Shown here: positions 34,436 through 44,326 of the stretch, one piece after another | Layout: every line of letters begins with the position of its first letter | Position numbering within the stretch: the stretch's first letter is position 1 | Origin: Candidatus Aminicenantes bacterium | Lineage (GTDB): Bacteria; Acidobacteriota; Aminicenantia; Aminicenantales; Aminicenantaceae | Direction of reading: 5' to 3' | NCBI GenBank assembly: GCA_011772475.1 | Contig: WVZK01000086.1 | Span: 4,406 to 68,405, forward strand | Length of the DNA: 64,000 nt | Program-made: the position numbers and the translations under genes | The notes under the pieces: model-generated | What the model was told of the DNA's origin: nothing | Database searches by the model: none | The model's input: only the letters and a program-made list of their open reading frames with translations

Positions 34436-35749
34436 TTATATGCTCCATCGCACAAGAAACTCTAAGTCGGCACTGAATTTAATCATGAGAATTCCCACAA
34501 CAGTAATAATCAACCAGGGCAACCAGGTGCTCCTTAAGAAGGTCCAGTATGAATCCTTATACTCCGAGACCATAACACTGAGCCTTCCTATTAGAGCTGT
34601 GGGAGGAAGCCCATCTCCTAAAGGCCAAAGCAAGCTCAGCCCTGCAATAGCCACAGTGGCGTGCAAACCTATGGAATCTAAGAACCATATAAGAGGAATT
34701 CCGATAATAGCTGCGCCGCCATAGGTTAAGACTCCTTCTGAGACAGGAATAATCACGGCCAAAAGTATAAACAGTAAGGTAATGGGTGTGCTGATAACAG
34801 CAAACGATAGAAGCCCTCGGACTCCGGTTGCGGTCATTACCTGCTGCAGCATTCCCACTACAACCATTGTTGCTAGCAACGGCAGCAGCCGTTTCATAGT
34901 ATCTCTAGATAGCTCAAGGATTTTAATCTTCTTGGGGCTTACCAGAAGCGCAACTAAAGCAGCTATAACAAACTCCAGGGGCAATCCCAGTATCGGAGTT
35001 GAGAAAGGCAAAATTCGGGAAGCTACAATCAACCCGAAAAAGATGAGGAAAGGCAAAATCACTCTCCACCAGCTCATCCTTTCCGGCACTTCAGGCATCT
35101 CTTTCAAGACTTCCCCTAAATCCATCGTCCTCTCCCTTTTCCATCCAAGGAAAAGGACAGTAAAAGTCCCGAGGATAAGAACGGGAATTCCAAGAGGAAG
35201 CTCAAAGCCAACATAGGGTATGGCTGTGCCTGCAGATAATATCATAGCCCAGATATTAACCGGAGGCGCGGCCGCGCTTAATCCAGCGACTATAAAAAGA
35301 ATAGCAGCGATCCTTCTCTTAGTTATTCCCAGGTAACCGAGCGCCAATGCTACCGGTGCTCCCACAACAAGCAGAGATACACTACCTGCTCCTGTGAGGG
35401 CTCCAGGTATTAGGACAATTATCATCAAAAGAATTAGGGCAATAATACGCAGGTTATAGAAGTATTTTATCGTGGCCCTGACAACGTAATTGACGCCGCC
35501 GGATTCCCTGACTATTGCCATAAATATGGTGGCGGTTGAAAAAACTAAGATTACATCAAGATATGTAAAAGCCCCCTCTACAAGATGGCGGGCTAGCTGA
35601 CCTATCGGTGGCGTGCTTACGAACGCGCCGGCTATTCCTCCGCAAACTGCAGCGGAAAGCATGCTAAGCTCAACTGATAAATTCTTCCACTTTGCCAAAG
35701 AATAAGCGACCACCATGATGGCCAAGATAATTCCGATCCGCAGATACAT
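34436..35749 (-). CDS. Polytopic permease (about 12 TM), ion-transporter-superfamily-like, substrate unknown
   Basis: 437 aa and almost entirely hydrophobic. The two halves look related (IPGALTGAGSV / IIPVSEGVLTYGGA). The family is not confidently recognised. Confidence 0.6.
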   Translation of the reverse strand: MYLRIGIILAIMVVAYSLAKWKNLSVELSMLSAAVCGGIAGAFVSTPPIGQLARHLVEGAFTYLDVILVFSTATIFMAIVRESGGVNYVVRATIKYFYNLRIIALILLMIIVLIPGALTGAGSVSLLVVGAPVALALGYLGITKRRIAAILFIVAGLSAAAPPVNIWAMILSAGTAIPYVGFELPLGIPVLILGTFTVLFLGWKRERTMDLGEVLKEMPEVPERMSWWRVILPFLIFFGLIVASRILPFSTPILGLPLEFVIAALVALLVSPKKIKILELSRDTMKRLLPLLATMVVVGMLQQVMTATGVRGLLSFAVISTPITLLFILLAVIIPVSEGVLTYGGAAIIGIPLIWFLDSIGLHATVAIAGLSLLWPLGDGLPPTALIGRLSVMVSEYKDSYWTFLRSTWLPWLIITVVGILMIKFSADLEFLVRWSI

Positions 35750-35851
35750 GCTCTAAACCCTCCGCAATTTTACATTTCACATTTCACCTTAGTCAAGCAA
35801 TCTTGTTAGGCCCGGATGTTTCGCTCTTTTTCTTTGCTTATTATTTTCTTT

Positions 35852-35879
35852 TGTAGGGGTTTGATTTATCAAACCCACA
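35852..35879 (+). repeat. REP-A single copy
   Basis: TGTAGGGGTTTGATTTATCAAACCCACA in a divergent intergenic gap. Confidence 0.8.
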
Positions 35880-35985
35880 TTTTTGCTTGTAAAGATAACT
35901 TAAAATAATTAAATATGATAAGGTAATACTAAAAATAATGTTAATTCGTATAATAGGTAGGTCAATTTAAGTTTGGATATTAAAG

Positions 35986-36183
35986 ATGGTTAAATTTTTA
36001 CTCTGGCTAATTTTATTGGTGCTCTGCTGGCCACTTGCTCTTCTGGCGCTTCTACTCTATCCTATTGTCTGGCTCCTACTTATACCTTTCAGACTTCTTG
36101 GCATCACAGTGAACGCTGTCCTGGATCTATTTAAAACAATCATAACGCTCCCTGCCAGGGTTTTGAGAGGTGGAAGAGGTTAA
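35986..36183 (+). CDS. Small two-TM membrane protein
   Basis: MVKFLLWLILLVLCWPLALLALLLYPIVWLLLIPF... with a basic tail. Weak SD. Confidence 0.4.
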   Translation: MVKFLLWLILLVLCWPLALLALLLYPIVWLLLIPFRLLGITVNAVLDLFKTIITLPARVLRGGRG

Positions 36184-36193
36184 TACCGCCAAT

Positions 36194-36222
36194 TTGACGT
36201 TGATGTTTGCTCGTGATAAAAG
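36194..36222 (+). promoter_or_regulatory. Putative ptrB promoter TTGACG-N17-TAAAAG
   Basis: The hexamers were read directly. The -10 is weak. Confidence 0.3.
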
Positions 36223-36316
36223 CGATATACGGAGTCATTCGATAGGATTCTTGCATAAGAATAGTAAAATGTTTTCAAACCTATAGATTCCAAAAAAATA
36301 AAAAAAGGAGGAATTA

Positions 36317-38470
36317 ATGAAAAACCTAAAAATTTATGGATGGCCTAAACACGCCATGCTCGGATTTACCGTCATTTGCCTCGCATTTTTATTTAGTTCA
36401 GGTTTTACAGGATGCACAACTGAAAGGCCTGAACCGCCGGTTGCTGAAAAGATTCCAAAGGAATTAACCTTTCACGGAGACACAAGGTTGGATAATTACT
36501 ACTGGCTCAACGAGAGGGATAATCCCAAGGTCATTGCTTACCTAACTGCAGAGAATGAGTACAAAGATGCTATGATGAAGCATACAGAGCGTTTTCAGAA
36601 AAAGCTCTACGAAGAAATTGTAGGAAGGATAAAAAAGACAGATATGTCTGTTCCCTATAAAGAAAGAAGCTATTACTATTATTCACGCTACGAGGGAGAG
36701 GGAGAATACCCGATTTACTGCAGGAAAAAGGGGAGCATGGAAGCAGAAGAAGAAATATTATTGAACGTCAATGAAATGGCCAAGGGACATGCTTTTTATA
36801 GCGTTGCAGGTTATACAGTAAGCACCGATAACAATCTTATCGCCTTCGGAGTTGATACGGTTAGCAGAAGAAAATATACGATTAACTTTAAAAACCTGAA
36901 AACAGGAGAGATGCTCCCAGACAAGATTCCAGTTACATCAGGAAGAGCTGCTTGGGCGAACGATAATAAAACGGTTTTTTATACTCTCAAAGATGATGAA
37001 ACACTCCGCTCGTACAAAGTCATGAAGCACGTACTCGGAACCGATATATCTACAGATAAAGAAGTCTTCGAGGAAAAAGATGTGACATTCAGTACTTACG
37101 TCTATAAAACTAAATCTGAAAAGTACCTGTTTATCGGTTCAGGCAGCACTCTTTCTGACGAATACCGCTTCCTGGATGCAGACAATCCTGATGGAAAATT
37201 TAAGATAATACATCCGAGAGAGAAAGACCTTTTATACGATGTAGCCCACTACAAAGACAAATTCTACATCCGGACGAATTATAAAGCGAAGAATTTCAGA
37301 CTGATAGCGACACCTGTCAATAGAACTACCAAGGAAAACTGGAAAGAAGTTATACCTCACCGTGGTGATATTTTGCTCCAGGGATTTGAAGTATTTAAGG
37401 ATTTCCTTGTTCTCAATGAGCGGATAAAAGGACTGCCTAACCTGAGGATAATGAGATGGGATAAGAAAGGCGAACACTATCTTGATTTTGGGGAAGAAAC
37501 CTACTCAGCATATATCGCTTATAATCCCGAATTTGATACTGATATATTACGTTATGGATATACATCTATGACCACTCCCAGGTCTGATTTCGATTACAAC
37601 ATGAATACCAAGGATAAAACGCTATTAAAGCAGCAGGAAGTAGTCGGTGATTTCGATTCGAACAATTATCATGCGGAAAGACTTTATGCTACAGCCAGAG
37701 ACGGCACAAAAGTACCTATATCTTTGGTGTACAGAAAAGGACTAGAGAAAAACGGAGACAATCCGCTCCTCCTTTACGGCTATGGTTCCTACGGTGCCAC
37801 CATGAATGCTAGTTTCAGTTCGGTTCGGTTGAGCCTTCTGGATAGAGGTTTTGTTTATGCCATTGCCCACATTCGAGGCGGCCAGGAGATGGGAAGATAC
37901 TGGTATGAGGAAGGAAAGCTCTTTAAGAAGAAAAACACGTTTACAGATTTTATTGATTGCGCAGAGCATCTAATCGCCGAAAAATTCACTAATCCTGACA
38001 AGCTGTTTGCTCAGGGAGGAAGTGCAGGAGGCTTGCTGATGGGTGCGGTGGTTAATATGCGGCCTGACCTATTTAAAGGAGTTATGGCTGCTGTGCCCTG
38101 GGTGGATGTCATAACAACAATGCTTGACCCGGATATTCCGCTGACGACAGGTGAATATGACGAGTGGGGGGATCCAAATAAGAAGGAATACTACGATTAT
38201 ATGCTTTCCTATTCTCCCTACGATAACGTAGAGGCTAAAGATTATCCTGCGATGCTGGTCACAACTGGTTTACATGATTCTCAAGTTCAGTACTTTGAAC
38301 CGGCCAAGTGGGTAGCGAAACTCAGAGAGTTGAAAACAGATGATAATATTTTGTTACTCGATACAGATATGGAAAGTGGACATGGTGGAGCTTCAGGTCG
38401 TTTTAGACGGTATAAGAGAACTGCATTACAATATGCGTTTTTTCTGGACCTGCTGGGAATCAAAAAATAG
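36317..38470 (+). CDS. ptrB: Oligopeptidase B (S9A)
   Basis: Lipoprotein-type signal (SSGFTGC). DNYYWLNERDNPKVIAYLTAENEY, GGSAGGLLMG, and the D/H motifs LHDSQV and SGHGG. Confidence 0.9.
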   Translation: MKNLKIYGWPKHAMLGFTVICLAFLFSSGFTGCTTERPEPPVAEKIPKELTFHGDTRLDNYYWLNERDNPKVIAYLTAENEYKDAMMKHTERFQKKLYEEIVGRIKKTDMSVPYKERSYYYYSRYEGEGEYPIYCRKKGSMEAEEEILLNVNEMAKGHAFYSVAGYTVSTDNNLIAFGVDTVSRRKYTINFKNLKTGEMLPDKIPVTSGRAAWANDNKTVFYTLKDDETLRSYKVMKHVLGTDISTDKEVFEEKDVTFSTYVYKTKSEKYLFIGSGSTLSDEYRFLDADNPDGKFKIIHPREKDLLYDVAHYKDKFYIRTNYKAKNFRLIATPVNRTTKENWKEVIPHRGDILLQGFEVFKDFLVLNERIKGLPNLRIMRWDKKGEHYLDFGEETYSAYIAYNPEFDTDILRYGYTSMTTPRSDFDYNMNTKDKTLLKQQEVVGDFDSNNYHAERLYATARDGTKVPISLVYRKGLEKNGDNPLLLYGYGSYGATMNASFSSVRLSLLDRGFVYAIAHIRGGQEMGRYWYEEGKLFKKKNTFTDFIDCAEHLIAEKFTNPDKLFAQGGSAGGLLMGAVVNMRPDLFKGVMAAVPWVDVITTMLDPDIPLTTGEYDEWGDPNKKEYYDYMLSYSPYDNVEAKDYPAMLVTTGLHDSQVQYFEPAKWVAKLRELKTDDNILLLDTDMESGHGGASGRFRRYKRTALQYAFFLDLLGIKK

Positions 38471-38472
38471 AT

Positions 38473-38567
38473 TGTAGGGGTTTGATTCCTCAAACCCACC
38501 TTTTTAATTCTAAAAATACGCTGGTTAAATTTACCAATTTGTAGGGGTTTGATTCCTCAAACCCACA
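38473..38567 (+). repeat. REP-A cluster 6, two copies (loop variant TTCC)
   Basis: TGTAGGGGTTTGATTCCTCAAACCCAC occurs at 38473 and 38540, between the convergent ptrB and trkH. Confidence 0.85.
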
Positions 38568-38574
38568 TTTTGTT

Positions 38575-40020
38575 TTAAGATTTTTTCCAAAAGGAGGGGG
38601 CAAAGAGGATAAGTACGGTATAGACCTCTAAGCGTCCGGCCAGCATAAAAAAGGCAAGCACCCATTTTCCAACGAGAGGAACGTGAGCATAATGATCGGT
38701 CGGACCTACGCTCCCCAGACCAGGGCCAATGTTGTTCAGAGTGGCTGCAACAGCCGCAATAGCAGATACGATGTCCAATCCTAAAATGGTCATCACAATT
38801 ACTCCGCCTATAAACAATGCGATAAGCAGAGCTAAGAAACCAAGAATGTTTCTGACAATATCTGGAGGGATAACCACATTTCCCACCCGCACCGGGATAA
38901 CCGCTTTGGGATGCATCAAGCGCCTTATTTCGGCAATAACAAACTTAATCAGGATATAGAGCCGGATGATTTTCATTCCGCCGCCAGTGCTCCCTGCACA
39001 TCCTCCACAAAACATTAAAATTAAAAGGATAAACTGCGAATTAAACGCCCACTGCTCAAAATCAGCTGTCGTGAAGCCTGTAGTAGTACAAATTGAGGTT
39101 ACTTGAAACAATGTTTTACGAAATGCTGTTTCTACATTTGAATACTGCTGCGAAAAAGTGTGGAATCCGATAAGAAGCGTGGAGCTGCTGATTAAAAAGA
39201 CAAGAAGCCGCCATTCATTGTTTTTGATATAGCTTTTAAATTCTTTTTTTAGGAATCGATAATGCAGGGAAAAATTTGTCCCCGCAGCAAGCATAAAAAA
39301 GATAATTACATAATCAACATATGCGCTGTTGTAATATCCTATGCTGGCGTTTTTTGTTGAAAAACCGCCTGTAGCCATCGTTCCAAAAGTATGACAAAGA
39401 GCTTCAAAAAGATTCATCCCTCCCAGCATTAATAAAAGCGTTTCAGCTGCGGAGATTAAAACATACACGCCCCACAGTATTTTTGCGGTTTGCGTAACCC
39501 GCGGGGTCAGTTTGTCTGGAGTTGGCCCGGGAACCTCAGCCTTAAAAAGCTGCATGCCTCCCACGCCCAGGAAGGGAAGGATGGCGATCGAGAGAACGAT
39601 GATACCCATTCCTCCCAGCCAATGGGTGAGGCTTCGCCAAAAAAGGATTCCCTGGGGCAGACCTTCTATCTCAACCAAGATGGTTGCTCCGGTGGTGGTG
39701 AAGCCGGACATGGTTTCAAAAAAAGCATTAGTTAATGATGGGATATATCCGGATAGAAGGAAGGGCAGACAACCGAACAAAGCAAAAGAAATCCAACCCA
39801 GGGTAACAATCGCAAAACCCTCACGAGCGCGAACATCTCTATCTAAGCGGGTTAGTTTGAACGAGATAAAACCTACCAAAAAAGTGATTAGAGCTGAAAT
39901 AATAAAGTAAATGTGAACCCCATCACCGTAGTATAGCGAAAAGGGGATAGGCAGAAGCATCACCGCGGAGAGAAAGATCAGAAGCAATCCAAGAACATGG
40001 ATAACTAGTCTAATATGCAT
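38575..40020 (-). CDS. trkH: Potassium uptake protein TrkH
   Basis: 481 aa, polytopic. Repeated pore-loop motifs ETMSGFTTTGAT, FGTMATGGFS and TSICTTTGFTT. Confidence 0.9.
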   Translation of the reverse strand: MHIRLVIHVLGLLLIFLSAVMLLPIPFSLYYGDGVHIYFIISALITFLVGFISFKLTRLDRDVRAREGFAIVTLGWISFALFGCLPFLLSGYIPSLTNAFFETMSGFTTTGATILVEIEGLPQGILFWRSLTHWLGGMGIIVLSIAILPFLGVGGMQLFKAEVPGPTPDKLTPRVTQTAKILWGVYVLISAAETLLLMLGGMNLFEALCHTFGTMATGGFSTKNASIGYYNSAYVDYVIIFFMLAAGTNFSLHYRFLKKEFKSYIKNNEWRLLVFLISSSTLLIGFHTFSQQYSNVETAFRKTLFQVTSICTTTGFTTADFEQWAFNSQFILLILMFCGGCAGSTGGGMKIIRLYILIKFVIAEIRRLMHPKAVIPVRVGNVVIPPDIVRNILGFLALLIALFIGGVIVMTILGLDIVSAIAAVAATLNNIGPGLGSVGPTDHYAHVPLVGKWVLAFFMLAGRLEVYTVLILFAPSFWKKS

Positions 40021-40093
40021 ATGAAAATTGCCAGAATATACTTGATTTTTTCAACCAATAAAGAATGGAAAATATCTCCATTAACGCTTCAGA

Positions 40094-41434
40094 TTATTTA
40101 AACAATTTCTCTACATCAGCAATTGCTTTAGGGAGGGCAAAAACCACGACACGATCCCCACTTTCTATCCGCGTCTCCCCAGTTGGAATAATCACTTTGT
40201 TATTGCGAGTCACAGAACCAAAGATTGCTGAGGGACGAACATGTAGATTCTTTAATGGATGTTTTGTAATCCTAGAACCTTTTTGGGGAATTATTTCAAC
40301 AATCTCTGCATCTAAGCCAGGAATTGAGTCCACGTTTTCAAGCGTGCTTTTCCGGATATAACGCAGGATGGAGTTAACAGTAATCAATTTTTTGCTCACG
40401 ACCGCATCCATGCCGATTGTAGGAGTAATAGGAAGATATTCAGTTTTATTAACCAAAGCAATAGTTCGAGGCACCTTTAGATGCCTGGCTATAAGAGTGC
40501 ATATAATGTTGGTCTCATCATCACCTGTTGCTGCAATAAAAGCATCCATATCGAGGATACCCTCTGTTGCCAAAAGGTCTACATCGGTACCATCTCCGTG
40601 AATAACCAGCGTTTTTTTGAGAATATTAGCAATTTCTTCTGACTTATCCGAGCGGCTTTCGATAACTTTGACATTAATCGTATCCTCTAAGCTTTCGGCC
40701 ACAAACTGCCCGACTAAACCACCGCCGAGAATCATTATATTTTGAATTGAAACATCTTCTTTACCAGTAATGCGCACGATCGTCGGGATCATTTGCTTTT
40801 CACAAATGATGAATATTTGATCACCAGTAACCAGGATTTCTTGCCCACCAGGAATTAATGTACGTTCCTTCCTTTTAATGGCGACGATGCGGGCAGCAAT
40901 GTTGCCATGTTCTTCCCAGAGTTCTCTTAAAGTCTTTCCCAGTACAGGAGAGTTTTTTTCAAGGCGAATACCCAACAGTTGAATCTTACCACCCTCAAAC
41001 TCCACCACACCAGTAGCGCTGCTTTGATGAATCAGGCGGGCTATGGCGTTGGCTGTTTCTCTTTCAGGATGAACGAGAAGGTCAACACCCATCTCGAAGT
41101 CTGACAGTATGAAATCGGGCCGGGTGTATTCAGGATTTCGGACCCGAGCGATTTTATGGGGGACATTAAGTTTTTGAGCAAACCGGCAACTAAGGAGATT
41201 GACGTCGTCTGAATCAGTGAGGCAAGCGAAAACATCTGCTTGGTCTACGTTAGCCTTTTTTAGATCTTCCACGCTCGAACTTGAACCAACTGTAACCAGG
41301 GCATCAAGGTGTTCTTCTGCATATCGTGCTTTTTCTGGATCTATTTCCAGTACAGTAATGTTATGCTTCTCTTCTGAAAGCCGCTTGGCCAAATGAAAAC
41401 CAACTTCACCCGCGCCTACTATCAATATGTTCAT
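40094..41434 (-). CDS. trkA: Potassium uptake protein TrkA (two RCK/KTN modules)
   Basis: MNILIVGAGEVGFHLAKRL and a second ILGGGLVGQFVAESL Rossmann motif. Confidence 0.9.
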   Translation of the reverse strand: MNILIVGAGEVGFHLAKRLSEEKHNITVLEIDPEKARYAEEHLDALVTVGSSSSVEDLKKANVDQADVFACLTDSDDVNLLSCRFAQKLNVPHKIARVRNPEYTRPDFILSDFEMGVDLLVHPERETANAIARLIHQSSATGVVEFEGGKIQLLGIRLEKNSPVLGKTLRELWEEHGNIAARIVAIKRKERTLIPGGQEILVTGDQIFIICEKQMIPTIVRITGKEDVSIQNIMILGGGLVGQFVAESLEDTINVKVIESRSDKSEEIANILKKTLVIHGDGTDVDLLATEGILDMDAFIAATGDDETNIICTLIARHLKVPRTIALVNKTEYLPITPTIGMDAVVSKKLITVNSILRYIRKSTLENVDSIPGLDAEIVEIIPQKGSRITKHPLKNLHVRPSAIFGSVTRNNKVIIPTGETRIESGDRVVVFALPKAIADVEKLFK

Positions 41435-41501
41435 AATCTTTTTTTGTTCTCCTATATCTATCTGGATTGCTTGAATTCCCTCCTATTTCTTCCTTATTTA
41501 G

Positions 41502-41530
41502 CTTCTAACATAGGAGAAAATTAAAGTCAA
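41502..41530 (-). promoter_or_regulatory. Putative trkAH promoter TTGACT-N17-TAGAAG
   Basis: The reverse strand reads TTGACT TTAATTTTCTCCTATGT TAGAAG. The spacer is reminiscent of the module copies. Confidence 0.35.
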
Positions 41531-41694
41531 ATATGCGCCCCTGACAATGTATATAGGCATTTTAAATATTTCCTGTTCTTAGCAGCGTGAAAACTTCTGG
41601 TTTTGCCGTGACTTGATTTCCTTCCGTAGAGCTTTTAATATCTATTCTTGAAACATCCGGTTTGGTTTTTAACCTGAGAAATAAAGGAAATAAT

Positions 41695-42375
41695 ATGAAG
41701 TATGAAGAAATCATAAATAAGCTGAATTCCCTAGCCTGCCCAGAGATAGTCAACGATATGGCGAGGTTCGGAATTAGCCCTAAGAATACCCTAGGAGTAT
41801 CAATCACAAATCTGAAGAAAATGGCCAAGGAAACAGGGATAGACCATGATCTTGCCCTAAGGTTATGGGATTCAAAGATACATGAAGCTCGCATACTGGC
41901 TAGCCTGATTGATGATCCTGAGATAGTTACCGAAGAGCAAATGGAAAAGTGGGCAAAAGATATCGACTCCTGGGACGTTTGTGACCTATGTTGTGGTAAT
42001 CTTTTTGATAAGACAAGGTATGCTTATAAAAAGGCAGTTGAATGGAGCTTTAGGGAGGAAGAATTCGTTAAGAGAGCAGGATTTGTTCTGATGGCAATCC
42101 TTGCAGTACATGATAAAAAAGCAGAAGACAAAAAGTTCCAGAAGTTCTTTCCTCTCATTATTAGAGAAGCCACGGATAACAGGAACTATGTAAAAAAAGG
42201 AGTGAATTGGGCGTTGCGACAAATCGGAAAGCGAAACCTTAACCTGAACAAGGAGGCGATTAAAACGGCAGATAAGATAGAAACAGTAGAATCCAAAGCC
42301 GCCAAATGGATCGCCTCTGATGCGATAAGGGAATTAAGAAGCGACCCAGTACAAAAAAGGCTGAGGAAAGGATAA
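41695..42375 (+). CDS. DNA alkylation repair enzyme (AlkD/AlkC-like HEAT-repeat glycosylase family)
   Basis: ATG at 41695 after AAAGGA. WDVCDLCCGNLF and NYVKKGVNWALRQIGKRN are typical of PF08713. Confidence 0.8.
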   Translation: MKYEEIINKLNSLACPEIVNDMARFGISPKNTLGVSITNLKKMAKETGIDHDLALRLWDSKIHEARILASLIDDPEIVTEEQMEKWAKDIDSWDVCDLCCGNLFDKTRYAYKKAVEWSFREEEFVKRAGFVLMAILAVHDKKAEDKKFQKFFPLIIREATDNRNYVKKGVNWALRQIGKRNLNLNKEAIKTADKIETVESKAAKWIASDAIRELRSDPVQKRLRKG

Positions 42376-42378
42376 AAC

Positions 42379-44058
42379 CTACTTTTTATCAAATCTGAGG
42401 TTTTTGACCCGTCCAGCGTCCAGTATAAAACCGGTTGGTTCTTCCTCCTCGTTACGAATAAAATTAATCCTGTAACTCCTTACATTAAACTTATCCTTTA
42501 ATGTGGGCAGCAAGGGATTCTCAGGAGCATTCCTATGAACAAAATGCAGCTTTCCTTCCTTCAGAGCTAACCTGAATGTTACCTGAAGTTCTTCACTATA
42601 ATAATCTCCTGTATATTCTTCTAGCTGCTCAGGAGTTGCTTTTACTTGCTTGAAAGATTCGTATGTTTCAGATTTCTTCCCATCTCGATAAATATGCATT
42701 AATATAGGTTTTCCCTTGTCCTGTTTTTCAAACTTAAGCATCATCTCGACCGGTACTTTCAGCACTTTAAATTCTGTTTCGCTTACGGCTGCAAGGTTAT
42801 ACCTTTGGCCAGACACTTCAAGGATTAATGCGTTGCCTCTTAAACCCAGTCTTCTAAATGCCCCGGTTTTTGGATCCATGTAAGTGCCAGCTTTTTCTTG
42901 AAGTTTTTTCTTCGGGAGCTTAATAAATCTAGTCTCTTCTACTGGCTTCGCTACAGGTTTTTCCTTTTCTACTGTGAATTGATCCGCAAGATAAATGTCA
43001 GTCACTTGCTGGCCTAGCCTTGATGGGTTAAACGAGCTCAGGTTGGAGAGACAGATTACAGAGAAATTTTGTTCTGGAAAGCGAACAAACACTGATCTGT
43101 AGCCTCCCAAGGCACCTCCGTGGCCAACAGTTTTTAATCCTTTATATTTCCCTATACCGAGAGCAAAAGCATAATCAAGCTCTTCGCCGCTGTTCAATTT
43201 TCCTTTGGTAAGCATGAGGTTGATCAAGTCTTTCTCCCCAACCTTATAGTGGTAGAAATTTTGATCCCAAAGAAAAAGGTCTTCGACAGAAGTGAATAAG
43301 CCGCCGGATCCGACACAGTCAAAAGTGGAAATAAAATTCCTAAATTTTCCTTTTCCTGAAGGAAAATAACCAGAAGCTCTGTTCTTTATGAGCATCATGT
43401 AATCATCATGGAAATGAGAGTTTTTCATTCCCAGGGGCTTGAAGATGTTTTCCTCTGCGAATTCTCTGAGGCTTTTGCCACTGGCTCTCTCCGCGATCAC
43501 CGCAAGAAGGAAGTAGCCTGAATTGCTGTAAAGATATTCCTCTCCAGGATTGAAATTTAATTGTTTCTGACGTGCGATAAGTTCGACCACATCCTCTTTG
43601 TGATAAGTGCCATAATCAATACCCGCAATCCCCAGCAGGGTGAGATAATCACGGAGCCCGCTCGTATGGTGGATCAAATGGCGAATAGTGATAGGAGTTC
43701 CATAATCCGGCAATTCTGGCACTAACTTACGGATGTTATCGTCAAGGGAAAGTTTTTCCTCCTTGGCCAGGAGCACGATACACATGGATACGAATTGTTT
43801 TGAAACAGAACCTATATAAAAAACTGATTGAGGAGTGATGGGGATGTTGAGTTCCAGATTGGCCATGCCATACCCTTTTTTATAGATAATCTCGCCATCT
43901 TTAATGACGGCCAGCGCGCAGCCCGGCGAATCTTTCTTGTCCCATTGAGAAAAAAGCTTATCCACTGCGTCTGTTTTTTTATCAGCGGTAGCCGACGAAA
44001 CAAAAACCAGGAAGAGAATAAGCGTGAGTATTGTCTTTAGTCTATATGATCTTTTCAT
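42379..44058 (-). CDS. Serine hydrolase of the beta-lactamase/S12 (D-aminopeptidase-like) family with C-terminal domain
   Basis: Start at ATG 44058 (GAAGGAGG upstream, signal peptide). IGSVSKQF (SxxK), YSNSGY (YxN) and HGG. Confidence 0.85.
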   Translation of the reverse strand: MKRSYRLKTILTLILFLVFVSSATADKKTDAVDKLFSQWDKKDSPGCALAVIKDGEIIYKKGYGMANLELNIPITPQSVFYIGSVSKQFVSMCIVLLAKEEKLSLDDNIRKLVPELPDYGTPITIRHLIHHTSGLRDYLTLLGIAGIDYGTYHKEDVVELIARQKQLNFNPGEEYLYSNSGYFLLAVIAERASGKSLREFAEENIFKPLGMKNSHFHDDYMMLIKNRASGYFPSGKGKFRNFISTFDCVGSGGLFTSVEDLFLWDQNFYHYKVGEKDLINLMLTKGKLNSGEELDYAFALGIGKYKGLKTVGHGGALGGYRSVFVRFPEQNFSVICLSNLSSFNPSRLGQQVTDIYLADQFTVEKEKPVAKPVEETRFIKLPKKKLQEKAGTYMDPKTGAFRRLGLRGNALILEVSGQRYNLAAVSETEFKVLKVPVEMMLKFEKQDKGKPILMHIYRDGKKSETYESFKQVKATPEQLEEYTGDYYSEELQVTFRLALKEGKLHFVHRNAPENPLLPTLKDKFNVRSYRINFIRNEEEEPTGFILDAGRVKNLRFDKK

Positions 44059-44167
44059 GGTTAGATGTGCCTCCTTCATTCACAACTGAGGTTAATGATT
44101 ATATGAATTTTTCCGGCTCATATCTACATTATTCTTAGGTTTGAAGTGCTGAAGACAATTTTAACTT

Positions 44168-44196
44168 TTGACATCAAATTTTTCCTGTGCTATTAG
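44168..44196 (+). promoter_or_regulatory. Sigma70-type promoter (module copy B): TTGACA-N17-TATTAG
   Basis: 44166-44193 is identical to 3140-3167. It lies upstream of the 99-aa / Na-Pi / PhoU-like unit. Confidence 0.5.
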
Positions 44197-44326
44197 GTAT
44201 CTAATAAAAACCAAAACAAGGAGCGAGATATAGGAGACAATTTGACCTGCCAGGTCGAATGTAAAAAAACTCATGGAATTTCCAGATAGAATCGCTCAAA
44301 AGTAAATTATAGAGCGAGCTTGTGCT

